A DNA stretch of 64,000 nt from Methanomethylovorans hollandica DSM 15978 (GTDB taxonomy: Archaea; Halobacteriota; Methanosarcinia; Methanosarcinales; Methanosarcinaceae), in assembly GCF_000328665.1 (NCBI RefSeq), contig NC_019977.1, positions 682,001-746,000 of the forward strand. Reading direction: 5' to 3'. Every line of letters begins with the position of its first letter. Positions within the stretch are counted from its first letter, which is position 1. This document shows positions 26,985 through 37,309 of this stretch, one piece after another. The notes under the pieces are model-generated. The model saw only the letters and a list, made by a program, of their open reading frames with translations, was not told where the DNA came from and made no database searches. A program made the translations under genes and the position numbers.

Positions 26985-27668
26985 TCACAATACATACCAG
27001 TCGTTATCATTGATCATCTGTTCTTTTTCGTTTACTTCAATGACTGATCTTCCCAGGGGTTTGCTGATAGCTTCTGCTAGATCCTGTAAGTAATCCCTCT
27101 GATTGAGACTTCCATAAATAAAGCCTTTACTTGGTTGAATATTTTTTTCTATTGTTTCCCTCTTTGGAACTATAGTTACCGGCACAGATGTAGTTTCTAC
27201 GGCTTTTTCCATAGCTGTTCTGAAATCACCTATACAATAAGCTATTCTGTGTTTGTAATTACTTTTTGTTCTTTCAAGGTATCGCGCAAGCCTTTCACTT
27301 TCCATTCGGATGAAATCACGTTTTATCTTGGATACATTACATTTTCCCATCATGAACTGGTAATCCATGAACGGGTATTGTTCGTCCAGTTCCCGGGGGG
27401 TTATTCCACAGGTGCCAAATACTACAATATGTACCATTTCTGGTTCCAGTATACCGAAGATCAGCCTGTCGAATATTTTATGTGATGGACTTTCATGGTA
27501 TGGTTTCTTTTTAGAACAGGGCACAAATATACAAAAATCACGGACAGGTGGTTGGTATTCGGTGAGTATCCACTCATTTGCGCGCTTCATGTCCGGATGA
27601 TAAATGACCATTTCTGTGTCAAGAGGTTCTGTAGAACGTTCATTCTCTGGGATGATAATCTGTTTCAA
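26985..27668 (-). CDS. DUF5591 / archaeosine synthase-related domain protein
   Basis: IFVPCSKKKPYHESPSH, GITPRELD..YPF.DY. Confidence 0.75.
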   Translation of the reverse strand: MKQIIIPENERSTEPLDTEMVIYHPDMKRANEWILTEYQPPVRDFCIFVPCSKKKPYHESPSHKIFDRLIFGILEPEMVHIVVFGTCGITPRELDEQYPFMDYQFMMGKCNVSKIKRDFIRMESERLARYLERTKSNYKHRIAYCIGDFRTAMEKAVETTSVPVTIVPKRETIEKNIQPSKGFIYGSLNQRDYLQDLAEAISKPLGRSVIEVNEKEQMINDNDWYVL

Positions 27669-27774
27669 GGTAAGGTGAGTTCTAACAAACTATATATATA
27701 CCTATCGATGTTATGGTTTTGTACAAACTGTACAACAACTTTGTTTTCAGATTTTTACAATAGAGAGGCACAAA

Positions 27775-28158
27775 ATGGCAGGTTCCATCCATGAAATGCT
27801 CCGAGCGAACTGTAAATGTGATGATGTGGCAAAATGCGTTCTAGGACTAAAAAATCTTGACTTGCTTGCTTATAAAAAACTCTTTGAACTGGGCCCAATG
27901 ACTGCAGAAGAACTGGGGGACCTTTTACAGAGGGAACGAAGTACTGCTTATCGTTCATTGCAAAACTTGATAGCTGTTGGATTGGTTTACAGAGAAACAA
28001 GATCCATCAAGATAGGTGGGTATTACTATGAATATGTTGCAATTCCGCCAGCACATTTTAAACAAATGCTCAAGCAGAATATGACGGATTGGTATACTAA
28101 AATGGATAAGCTGCTTGATGACTTTGAGAATGAAATCTTATTCCCTGTTCCTGAGTGA
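27775..28158 (+). CDS. TrmB-like HTH transcriptional regulator
   Basis: CVLGL...GPMTAEELG..L.RERSTAYRSLQNL...GGYYYEY. Confidence 0.8.
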   Translation: MAGSIHEMLRANCKCDDVAKCVLGLKNLDLLAYKKLFELGPMTAEELGDLLQRERSTAYRSLQNLIAVGLVYRETRSIKIGGYYYEYVAIPPAHFKQMLKQNMTDWYTKMDKLLDDFENEILFPVPE

Positions 28159-28180
28159 CCGCGTATACTATCTAGTTTAA

Positions 28181-29530
28181 CTTCTACAGCAGAAGTCTCC
28201 TTCCTCGCCAGCCGTAAGCTGGCAGGTGGGAGATGAATGCGTACATGTCATAACACAACATGTTTAGAGAAACATATATTTATCTATAAACCATATTATA
28301 TAATATGTTAAAAGCCTACAAATTCCGAATCTACCCAACCACAAAACAAGAGGAAATAATAAAAGTTCATTTTGGTGCGTGTAGATTTGTATATAATTGG
28401 GCTTTAGAACAGAAAATAAAAACTTATGAACAAACTAAGGAATCAATATCAAGGTTTGATTTGCAACGGATTTTAGTTCACGAAGTGAAACATTCTAATG
28501 AATGGTTGAAAGAAGCTAATTCACAGGCTCTGCTTGCCTCTTTAGTAAATGTAGAATCAGCATTTACAAAATTCTTTAGAGAGAAAGCTGGATTTCCTAA
28601 ATTCAAATCTAAAAAAAACCCAGTCCAGTCTTATCAGATGCCACAACATTACTCTGTAGATTTCGAGAAGCAAATAATTAAGATCCCAAAAATAGGAGAA
28701 GTCAAAACCATACTTCATAGAAGGTTTGAAGGTAAGCTTAAAACCGCAACCATTTCAAGGACATGTACGGAAAAATATTATATCAGTATTCTTGTCGAAG
28801 ATGGAAAACAAATTCCTAATAAGCAGAACTTTTCAGAATCAACTACAATTGGAATAGATATAGGTATCAAAGACTTTGCTGTTCTCTCAAACGGAGAAAA
28901 AGTTGAAAATCCAAAGTATCTGAAAAACTCCTTACAGCGATTGAAGGTATTACAGAAAAGAGTATCAAGGAAACAGAAAGGCTCACAGAACAGAGCAAAG
29001 GCTAAACAAAGACTTGCATCACTCCATGACAAAATAGCAAATCAGAGAAACGATTTCCAGAATAAACTCTCTTTTAGACTGATTAGCGAGAACCAAGCAA
29101 TAGCTCTGGAAACTCTGAATGTTAAAGGTATGTTAAAAAATCATTGTCTTGCTCAATCAATTTCCGATGCTGGATGGCGTATTTTTGTAACTAAACTGGA
29201 ATACAAAGCTGAATGTTTTGGAAAAACCATACTCCGTATTGGACAGTTTGAGCCAAGTACAAGAATCTGTAATGTGTGTGGCTATCATAACGGAAAGCTA
29301 ACACTTGCGGATAGGGACTGGACGTGTCCAGATTGCAAAACAAAGCATGACAGAGATATAAATGCTGCAATCAATATCAAGAAATTCTCTATTCAAGAGC
29401 AAAATCTTATAGTAATCTGACACCTGTGGAACGCAGGGGATGAGCTTGTGGACTTGCGAACATTGGTTCGAAGAATGAAACAAGAAGCCTCTTCCTCGCT
29501 TTCATCAGAAAGCAGGGAGGGGTAGTTCAC
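28181..29530 (+). mobile_element. IS200/IS605-family TnpB-only element, copy 2 (1350 bp)
   Basis: Same ends and hairpins as copy 1; TTTAA at 28176-28180. Confidence 0.92.
28305..29420 (+). CDS. tnpB: RNA-guided endonuclease TnpB, intact
   Basis: AYKFRIYP; RuvC triad GIDIG / ALETL / DRDINAA; zinc finger CNVCG...CPDC. Confidence 0.95.
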   Translation: MLKAYKFRIYPTTKQEEIIKVHFGACRFVYNWALEQKIKTYEQTKESISRFDLQRILVHEVKHSNEWLKEANSQALLASLVNVESAFTKFFREKAGFPKFKSKKNPVQSYQMPQHYSVDFEKQIIKIPKIGEVKTILHRRFEGKLKTATISRTCTEKYYISILVEDGKQIPNKQNFSESTTIGIDIGIKDFAVLSNGEKVENPKYLKNSLQRLKVLQKRVSRKQKGSQNRAKAKQRLASLHDKIANQRNDFQNKLSFRLISENQAIALETLNVKGMLKNHCLAQSISDAGWRIFVTKLEYKAECFGKTILRIGQFEPSTRICNVCGYHNGKLTLADRDWTCPDCKTKHDRDINAAINIKKFSIQEQNLIVI

Positions 29531-29550
29531 TAACAGGTTGAAGAATGTGG
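29421..29550 (+). ncRNA. TnpB omega-RNA 3' scaffold plus flanking guide (5' end probably within tnpB)
   Basis: Sequence between tnpB stop and TTCAC end is the same in both copies; omega-RNA position is established for this IS family. Confidence 0.6.
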
Positions 29551-29809
29551 GTCAGAGCATTTGTTTGACGGGATATTCAAGGGGATGTTATGCTCCTATC
29601 TACACATTCTTCTTGTGCAAACCAATCCGTTTTGTAGTCATGTGGAGGGGCTCAAAGCGCACCACCAATGTCATTCACGTTTTTCATTGTAGGTAATTAG
29701 TATAACTCTATTTTCTTATATATTCATATTTCTATACTTTGCCACATAATGCTAATCATAATGATGAGGTACTTTGTTTAAACACGATGCAATGGTCTTA
29801 TTCAATGTC

Positions 29810-30988
29810 TCACAGCGATTCCATGAAACATTCCATCCTTTCCAAAGCTTCTGCTATCTGATCTTTGGAGGTAGCATAAGAACATCTGAGAAATCCCTCG
29901 CCAGCCGGTCCAAACACATTCCCCGGAATTGTAACTACTTTTTGTTCATAGAGAAGTCTTTCTGCAAACTCTTCAGAAGTCAGGCCTGTATCCCTTACGG
30001 AGGGAAAAGCATAGAATGCACCCTTTGGCTCATAGCATTCAAGCCCTATCTTATTTAATCCGCTTATTATCAAATGTCTGCGGCGGTCATAATCCCTTAC
30101 CATTCGCTGCATCTCTTCGTTGCCGTTACGAAGGGCTTCTATAGCTCCAATCTGAGCAGTGATAGGTGCGCACAACATACAGTACTGATGTATGCGCATC
30201 ATTGCATTTATTATAGGCAATGGTGCCAGTGCATATGCCAGCCTGAAGCCTGTCATGGCATAGGCTTTTGAAAAACCATTAAGGAGGATCGTTCGGTCCT
30301 TCATACCTTCGATCGATGAAAAACAAGCGTGCTCTCCATTATATGTAAGACACTCATAGACTTCATCGGAAATTACCATAATGTCATGCTCAGAAACAAC
30401 TTCGGCAATAGCTTCCAGGTCTTCCCTTCCCATTGTTGCCCCAGTGGGATTATTGGGATAATTTATTATAACAGCTTTAGTTCTGGGAGTTATAGCCCTT
30501 TTCAGATCTTCTGCAGTCAATTTAAACTTATTTTTGAATTGTGTGACTACAGGTACAGGTGTACCACCTGCAAACATGACCGAAGGGACATAAGCCACGT
30601 AGGCAGGCTGAGGCACAATGATTTCGTCCCCTGGATTGGTTATAGCTCTTATTGCCACATCAAGTGCTTCGCTGACACCGGACATAACCAGGATCTCCGA
30701 GGCCGGATCGTAGTAAGTGTTATGCTTATGGGTATATAGCTTTGAGATCTCTTCCCGAAGTTGTATTAGCCCATAATTAGAAGTATATGATGTTTTACCT
30801 TTTTCCAAAGAATGAATGCATGCTTCCCTTATGTGCCAGGGTGTTACGAAATCAGGCTCGCCAACACCTAGTGATATTACTCCTTCTATCCCTGATGCAA
30901 GATCAAAATACTTGCGTATTCCAGAAGGCGGGACTCTTGTCATCACATCAGCCACAAATCTCTCTGGATTATTATTGTGCATGGGCAT
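29810..30988 (-). CDS. class I/II PLP-dependent aminotransferase
   Basis: SLGVGEPDF, NYPNNPTG, SDEVY, GFSKAYAMTGFRL. Confidence 0.93.
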   Translation of the reverse strand: MPMHNNNPERFVADVMTRVPPSGIRKYFDLASGIEGVISLGVGEPDFVTPWHIREACIHSLEKGKTSYTSNYGLIQLREEISKLYTHKHNTYYDPASEILVMSGVSEALDVAIRAITNPGDEIIVPQPAYVAYVPSVMFAGGTPVPVVTQFKNKFKLTAEDLKRAITPRTKAVIINYPNNPTGATMGREDLEAIAEVVSEHDIMVISDEVYECLTYNGEHACFSSIEGMKDRTILLNGFSKAYAMTGFRLAYALAPLPIINAMMRIHQYCMLCAPITAQIGAIEALRNGNEEMQRMVRDYDRRRHLIISGLNKIGLECYEPKGAFYAFPSVRDTGLTSEEFAERLLYEQKVVTIPGNVFGPAGEGFLRCSYATSKDQIAEALERMECFMESL

Positions 30989-31045
30989 TCCTTCAGCTCA
31001 GATCCTATGATCAGATCCTATTTAGTGTGTCTATGGAGTTACAAT

Positions 31046-31537
31046 TTATGGAGTTACAATTAAACGGTTTACTTCTTCCTGCTCTTGCAGAACCACTCCG
31101 TCTTCCTTGTAGGTCTTAAGCACAAAATGGGTAGTAGTATGCTGTACCTGTTCTATGGTAGAAATCTTTTCTGCGACGAAAAATGCAACTTCTTTCATCG
31201 TCTTTCCCATTACTGTAAGCGATAGATCATACTGCCCTGATAACAGCCTTACAGCACGTACTTCCGGGAATTTATATAAGCGTTCAGCTATGGCCTGATA
31301 ACCTAAATTACGTTCCAGAGTCACTTTTAACTCGATGATAGCGTATACATGCTCATCACCTGCAAGGTCCCAGTCAATGATCGTCCTGTATCTGCGGATG
31401 ACTCCTGCATCTTCAAATTCTTTGATCCTTTTACTTATCTCTTGTACCGGGAGTCCTGTCAGGGTTGCGATTTCGTCATGAGTGACCCTGGCATCTTGTT
31501 CCAGACATTCTAGTATATGCCTCGTTTTAATATCCAT
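31046..31537 (-). CDS. Lrp/AsnC-family transcriptional regulator
   Basis: LEQDAR..EIA...GVIRRY; LLSGQYDL. Confidence 0.92.
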   Translation of the reverse strand: MDIKTRHILECLEQDARVTHDEIATLTGLPVQEISKRIKEFEDAGVIRRYRTIIDWDLAGDEHVYAIIELKVTLERNLGYQAIAERLYKFPEVRAVRLLSGQYDLSLTVMGKTMKEVAFFVAEKISTIEQVQHTTTHFVLKTYKEDGVVLQEQEEVNRLIVTP

Positions 31538-31589
31538 CTCATAAGCAACCCCTTGAAATTAAAAAAGTGAAAGTAAAATAGGAGTGTGC

Positions 31590-31964
31590 TCAGTTGAGCA
31601 GCACTGCGTTGACCACACCATCCTGGCCGGGACGGCTGGTAATCCTCGCGTTACCTATGGGGGTACGGATAACTGAACCTTTTGTTAAGATATTACGCCT
31701 TACGTAGTGTTCGTTTGCCTCATTACTGAACACTTTTTCGATAGTAGTCTTTTGTGTTTTGCCACCGGTATCAGTCACGTTGACTATATTACACTGGAAT
31801 AATCTTACCTTGCTGTTTCCTCCTCTTGTGGAAACCATCTTAATCTTGACGTCTCCAAGACGCGTGTCAGCGGGCTCGCGCCCAAGTTCGAACTTTCTTT
31901 TTGAGCGGTAAGCCTTTATTTTAGCACCAGTGTACTTTCTTCTTGATCTGCCTTGCCATTTCAT
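31590..31964 (-). CDS. rps8e: 30S ribosomal protein S8e
   Basis: [36 protein letters not shown]. Confidence 0.97.
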   Translation of the reverse strand: MKWQGRSRRKYTGAKIKAYRSKRKFELGREPADTRLGDVKIKMVSTRGGNSKVRLFQCNIVNVTDTGGKTQKTTIEKVFSNEANEHYVRRNILTKGSVIRTPIGNARITSRPGQDGVVNAVLLN

Positions 31965-32154
31965 AATATGTCCTCTTGAATATATATAAGTTGGATGATC
32001 TATATCAAATTTATTTTTTCGAATTAAATGATTACGAACTTATCTTTACTTGAAGGATTCTATAAGAAGTTTTCGAGTGGTGATTAAATAGTACTTTTCT
32101 TATTATAGTGCTTAATTCAGTAATCAATAAATATCTCCTTTACTATTTCCCTTT

Positions 32155-33072
32155 ATGCTGCGCATATTATTTCTTGGTACAGGTGGCTCTTTGCCTACGC
32201 GTAACCGTAATCCATCTGCAATTATGGTCAATAGGGAAGGGGAGCTTTTACTTTTCGATTGCGGAGAAGGTACTCAGCAACAGATGATGCGTGCTAAAAC
32301 GGGTATGAAAGCTCTTACGTCTATTTTTGTCACCCATTTCCATGCAGATCACATGCTTGGTATTCCCGGCCTTATACAAACAATGTCCTTTCTGGGAAGG
32401 ACTGAACCTTTGTATATATATGGCCCTCAATGGGTGAAAGAATTCGTTAAGATCATCTCTGAGCTTGGTTATTACAAACTGCATTTTGAAGTGGAAGTCA
32501 TTGAAATGGCTCCAGGAGATATTATTAAAAGAAATGATTATTCTATCCATGCCATTGGAACAGATCACAGTGTTCCCAGTCTTGGCTATGCTCTTATAGA
32601 GGATCAGCGGAAAGGAAGGTTTGAACGTGAAAAAGCTATTGCTCTGGGAGTGCCTCCAGGCCCTCTTTTTTCAAAGCTGCATAGTGGTGTGGACGTTGAG
32701 GTCAACGGGAAGCTGATACGTTCCACTGATGTTGTCGGTCAAGTAAGGCCAGGTAGAAAAATAGTATATACAGGTGACACACGACCGTGTCAATCAATTC
32801 TTGCGGTCAGCAGAGATGCAGATGTACTGATCCATGATAGTACTCTTGGAAATGATCAGAGTGAGTGGGCAAAGGAATCTAAGCATTCCACAGCTTCCGA
32901 AGCAGCTATCCTTGCAAAGGAGGCGGGTGTCAGAAAACTGGTACTAACTCACATAAGCTCCAGATATACTGATGATGCTTCTCCTCTGTTGAGGGAAGCA
33001 CAAGAAGTATTTGAAAACGTTATTATAGCAGAAGATATGATGGAAATGGACATTCCTTTGAAGGACGAATAA
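32155..33072 (+). CDS. rnz: ribonuclease Z
   Basis: FLGTGG, FDCGEGTQ, THFHADH, GVPPGP exosite, LTHISSRY. Confidence 0.97.
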   Translation: MLRILFLGTGGSLPTRNRNPSAIMVNREGELLLFDCGEGTQQQMMRAKTGMKALTSIFVTHFHADHMLGIPGLIQTMSFLGRTEPLYIYGPQWVKEFVKIISELGYYKLHFEVEVIEMAPGDIIKRNDYSIHAIGTDHSVPSLGYALIEDQRKGRFEREKAIALGVPPGPLFSKLHSGVDVEVNGKLIRSTDVVGQVRPGRKIVYTGDTRPCQSILAVSRDADVLIHDSTLGNDQSEWAKESKHSTASEAAILAKEAGVRKLVLTHISSRYTDDASPLLREAQEVFENVIIAEDMMEMDIPLKDE

Positions 33073-33082
33073 GATAATAAGA

Positions 33083-33364
33083 TCAGATTATTGTCCAGTC
33101 AAGTCTATTATCGTCTACGTCATAAAGGGAAACTTCTGCTGTTCTGTCTTCCAGAGGAATAGTAAGTTTTTTCACTCCTATGTACAGGACATCTCCAGGC
33201 TCATAGTTGAATAGTTCAGGTTTTGTCCTTCCAAAGTAGACCCTGCCACCCGAAGCGATCTCTTCCACAGTAACTCCATACCAGTCACCCTTATTGATCA
33301 CATTTATTATACGGCATTCAAATCTGTCTGATTCACTGATCTCTTCCATAATTTGATCACTCAA
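33083..33364 (-). CDS. hypothetical protein
   Basis: 93-aa ORF co-oriented with the AAA ATPase. Confidence 0.65.
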   Translation of the reverse strand: MSDQIMEEISESDRFECRIINVINKGDWYGVTVEEIASGGRVYFGRTKPELFNYEPGDVLYIGVKKLTIPLEDRTAEVSLYDVDDNRLDWTII

Positions 33365-33401
33365 GTTGCAGTATTTAATATATAATAAATTGTCTGGTTT
33401 A

Positions 33402-34505
33402 TCAGGAATACATCCTGTTATCCATTAGAGCACCATTCTTTTGGAATAATTTCCCCACAGATTCTTCAAAATGTTTTCCAGTGACTTCTTCATTGTCTTC
33501 TATTATTGCCTGATGCAAAGCTGTTTTCAGGACCTTTTCTACAAGGTCTCTCCCTGAGAGTCCTTTTGTCATCGTAGCTATCTTCTTTACATCGACATCT
33601 TTTACAGGCAATGGGAATGTGGAAATGTTCATTTCAAGTATCCTGAACCTCTCTTCCTCATCAGGCAATAAAAACTCTATTTCCTCTTCGAATCTGCTTC
33701 TTACTGCAGGGTCCAGGGTGTTCGTACGATTGGTTGCACCAATGGTGCAAATGCCATCTCTCTCTACTATTCCATCCATTTCAGTAAGTAAAGCGTTAAC
33801 TATCTCTGCAACATCTCCTCTTAGTTCCTGGTGACGCCTGTCCAGAGCAATAGCATCCAGTTCATCAATGAATATTATACAGGGAGCCATATCTTCAGCT
33901 CTATCGTATAACTGGTGGATCTGCCTGGCACCTTCTCCTACGTATTCTCCTATCATTTGTGTTGCTTTTACGGGGATTATAGGTACGTTGGCTTTATTAG
34001 CAAGGGCTTTTGCAAGCATTGTCTTGCCAGTGCCCGAAGGCCCGAAAAATAGTACATTGCGTGGGGCCCATTTACCAAATTTCTCGGGCTGCTCTAGATA
34101 TTTCTCTATTAGCTTGCACTTTTTCTTGGCCGTGTTCTGTCCAATTATATCTTCAAAAGAAACGTTACTATGGAATTCAACTGCAGGAGTAGTGACACTA
34201 TCTTCATGTACGATAATCGAGGTCTCCATACCAATAACTGACCCAGGAGGCTTCACTTCCTTTATCCGGTATGCAAAATCAGGGTACATCCTTCCGTCAA
34301 ACAAATATTCGCCTTTGCGTGCAATATGGCCATTCCACTGTTCCCTTGCATAAAATTCGAACACACCAGCATCCTCTATTTCTGGATAGTCATCCAGTAT
34401 ACTACTCAAAGGGTAGCCAATTGGCTCAAGGACCAGGAGTTCAGCTGTCGATTCTACAGGTTCGAATCCTTCTTCCCTGTTGTTTTTATGGTTTGTACGT
34501 TGCAC
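33402..34505 (-). CDS. AAA-family ATPase (archaeal AMA-like)
   Basis: GPSGTGKT, IIFIDELD, GATNR...LDPAVRSRF. Confidence 0.9.
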   Translation of the reverse strand: MQRTNHKNNREEGFEPVESTAELLVLEPIGYPLSSILDDYPEIEDAGVFEFYAREQWNGHIARKGEYLFDGRMYPDFAYRIKEVKPPGSVIGMETSIIVHEDSVTTPAVEFHSNVSFEDIIGQNTAKKKCKLIEKYLEQPEKFGKWAPRNVLFFGPSGTGKTMLAKALANKANVPIIPVKATQMIGEYVGEGARQIHQLYDRAEDMAPCIIFIDELDAIALDRRHQELRGDVAEIVNALLTEMDGIVERDGICTIGATNRTNTLDPAVRSRFEEEIEFLLPDEEERFRILEMNISTFPLPVKDVDVKKIATMTKGLSGRDLVEKVLKTALHQAIIEDNEEVTGKHFEESVGKLFQKNGALMDNRMYS

Positions 34506-34689
34506 TGATCGAACTATGCTCTCAACTCTATTCGTTTTCTAATTGCAGATAAAGGTACTTACAGATATTAATCTTACCCTTCTTATCATCAAGCAGTCAT
34601 AATCGATCATAATAGCTTGTTCTGAGCAGCAAAAAGGATATATCACCAGTTAATATGCTTTTTATATTATATTATATAAACTAGTGTGA

Positions 34690-34989
34690 TACTTCCTCAC
34701 CAATGCCGTAAAATACAGTTCTGAGAACGCATTCATATCCATTGATATATTTGATGAAGGCGATGTGTGGAAAGTAGCTGTCAGTGATCAGGGTGAAGGC
34801 ATTTCCGACGCTGATAAACCTTATGTTTTTGACAGGTTCAAGCGGGTCACAAAGCAAGGTGTCAAGGGTAGTGGTCTTGATCTTGCCATAGTTAAAAGGA
34901 TAGCTGAATTACATGGTGGTGAAGTGGGTGCGGAGGATAATCCGGAAGGTAAGGGAAGTAGATTCTGGATCAGGTTTAAAGAGGCATGA
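34690..34989 (+). pseudogene. orphan HATPase_c fragment of a sensor histidine kinase
   Basis: In-frame TGA at 34687-34689, then YFLTNAVKY (N box), DQGEGI (G1), FDRF, GSGLDLAI (G2 with G-to-D); no start codon or HisKA domain. Confidence 0.75.
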
Positions 34990-35135
34990 AGATCACAATA
35001 TATTCTATATAAAGATGACTCGGATGGCATCTATATTCCTAATATGGTCTCTGAGTTGCATGAAGGAAAAGTTTATGTAAGAGAGATACATGTATAGGAT
35101 GCTCTCGTGTTAAATGCACTTGATACCTACTTCAA

Positions 35136-35210
35136 GCCGGGGTAGGGTAGCGGTTATCCTGTAGCCCTGTGGAGGCTACGATTCGAGTTCGATTCTCGAT
35201 CCCGGCCCCA
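35136..35210 (+). tRNA. tRNA-His(GTG), CCA encoded
   Basis: GCCGGGG...TAGCC-CTGTGGA-GGCTA...GTTCGATTC..TCCCGGC-C-CCA. Confidence 0.95.
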
Positions 35211-35362
35211 TTCAAATATTTTGAGTTTTAAATTTTAGAGTTCTCTTAAACTCAGCGTTCTTCTTATTCAGTAATGATTCTTCTACTAATCTGGATACTA
35301 TGCGCAATTAATTTAAATACTGCATAATCACTCTTAATTCTATACTCGATTATAAAAAAAGT

Positions 35363-36778
35363 TTAGGAAAACTCGTTGAGTTTAAGTTGTCTGCGCGGGC
35401 AGTATTCACCCGGTATATCCAAAGGGTATTCACTTGTCAGGCATGCGAGACATAGATTTTCTTTTTCAATGCCTATTGCCCGGACCAATCCTTCTATACT
35501 CAGATATCCCAGTGAGTCAGCATTGATGACCGCTTCAACCCCGGCTACTGTTTTATGAGCTGCTATTAATTCATTTCTGGTGCCCATGTCTATTCCAAAA
35601 TAGCATGGAGCTATTATCGGGGGGCTGCCAATGCGTGCATGTATCTCTTTTGCACCTGCACGTCTTATCATATCAATGATACGCCGGGATGTAGTCCCGC
35701 GTACTATACTGTCGTCTATAAGAACTATTCGTTGGTCCTTGATGTTCTCAGAGATCGTGTTCATCTTAAGCCGTACAGCTGTCTCTCGCATTGCCTGTCC
35801 AGGGAGAATGAATGTCCTGCCAATATACCGATTCTTCATGAGCCCTTCACTGTACTTTATATTCGCTTCGTATGAATATCCAATGGCAGAAGTGATGCCA
35901 GAATCTGGTACCGGTGATACACTATCTGCTTTCACAGGATGTTCGCGTGCAAGCTCCCTTCCTATCTTCTCACGGACATTGTATACGAGTTTACCATTAA
36001 TTATAGAATCCGGCCGTGCAAAGTACACATATTCGAATACACAATGTGCATGATATTTTTCCTGGACCAGAATATGACTCTCAAAACTATCGTTTTTAAA
36101 TACTAATAATTCTCCTGGTGATACTTCTCTTATCAGTGTTCCATTGAGCGTATCGATTGCAACACTTTCCGAAGCAACTATAAAGCCACCATCTAGTTTT
36201 CCTACGCATAATGGTTTAAAACCCAGGGGGTCTCGCAGTGCATACAACTGATCGTCTATGAGGATAGCTAATGAGTAGGAGCCTTTTAGTCTTTTGATCA
36301 CATTGGAGATCGATTCTACAGGGTCATGGCGCAACAGTTCTTTTACAAGCAGATGTGCGATCACTTCTGTATCGGAACTGGTAATAAATATACGACCTTC
36401 CAACTCCAGTTCATCTCTCAGAAGACTATAGTTTGCCAGGTTCCCATTATGGGCTATGGCTATAGTCCCACTCTTATAATTTACTATCAGAGGTTGGCAG
36501 TTCTCTATTTTAGAGTGGCCTGTGGTCGAGTAACGCACATGACCTATGCCTACATTGCCTTTCAGTTCCAAGAGGTCTTTTTTGACATATACCTCAGGCA
36601 CCAGTCCCATGCCTTTAATAGATTTACAATGAAGCCCGTCATGTATTGTTATGCCTGTAGATTCCTGACCTCTGTGTTGCAGGGCATAAAGGGCATAGTA
36701 TATTTGGAGAGCTGTAGGGGTACCTGTGGATGCATTATTCTGCACCACAACGCCGACTACACCACATTCCTCTTTCAT
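35363..36778 (-). CDS. purF: amidophosphoribosyltransferase
   Basis: EECGVVG, LQHRGQ, GHVRYST, FEYVYFARPDS, DDSIVRGTT. Confidence 0.97.
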   Translation of the reverse strand: MKEECGVVGVVVQNNASTGTPTALQIYYALYALQHRGQESTGITIHDGLHCKSIKGMGLVPEVYVKKDLLELKGNVGIGHVRYSTTGHSKIENCQPLIVNYKSGTIAIAHNGNLANYSLLRDELELEGRIFITSSDTEVIAHLLVKELLRHDPVESISNVIKRLKGSYSLAILIDDQLYALRDPLGFKPLCVGKLDGGFIVASESVAIDTLNGTLIREVSPGELLVFKNDSFESHILVQEKYHAHCVFEYVYFARPDSIINGKLVYNVREKIGRELAREHPVKADSVSPVPDSGITSAIGYSYEANIKYSEGLMKNRYIGRTFILPGQAMRETAVRLKMNTISENIKDQRIVLIDDSIVRGTTSRRIIDMIRRAGAKEIHARIGSPPIIAPCYFGIDMGTRNELIAAHKTVAGVEAVINADSLGYLSIEGLVRAIGIEKENLCLACLTSEYPLDIPGEYCPRRQLKLNEFS

Positions 36779-36810
36779 CTATACCCCAAAAAGAGAATAC
36801 AGTATTGTTC

Positions 36811-36981
36811 TCAGAACTTGCACTTACGTTCCCATTTATAGCTTCTCATACGCGGTGTCTTGCCAAAACCACATGAAGTACACTGCTTAGTATGGATGTT
36901 AAGTGATACGCTACCGCAGCGCCTGCATGTTACATGAGTGCGCTTTTGCCTTTTTCCCATTGAGGGAGTACCTTTTGACAT
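36811..36981 (-). CDS. rpl37e: 50S ribosomal protein L37e (not in ORF track)
   Basis: [23 protein letters not shown]...CTSCGFG..RMRSYKW; follows the Sm gene as usual in archaea. Confidence 0.95.
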   Translation of the reverse strand: MSKGTPSMGKRQKRTHVTCRRCGSVSLNIHTKQCTSCGFGKTPRMRSYKWERKCKF

Positions 36982-37093
36982 TCATCATCACCTTATTGAA
37001 CTTTCTCGTCTCTCTATCTAATTATCGTAATATATGATATGTGAGTTAATCGCGTGTCGAGATAACCCCAGATAGTATCATAGGATAAATATG

Positions 37094-37309
<216 letters not shown>

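Noticed and set aside
25630..29530. Classical composite transposon
   Set aside because: No transposase, inverted repeats or target duplication; each copy has its own TTTAA site, fitting independent insertions.
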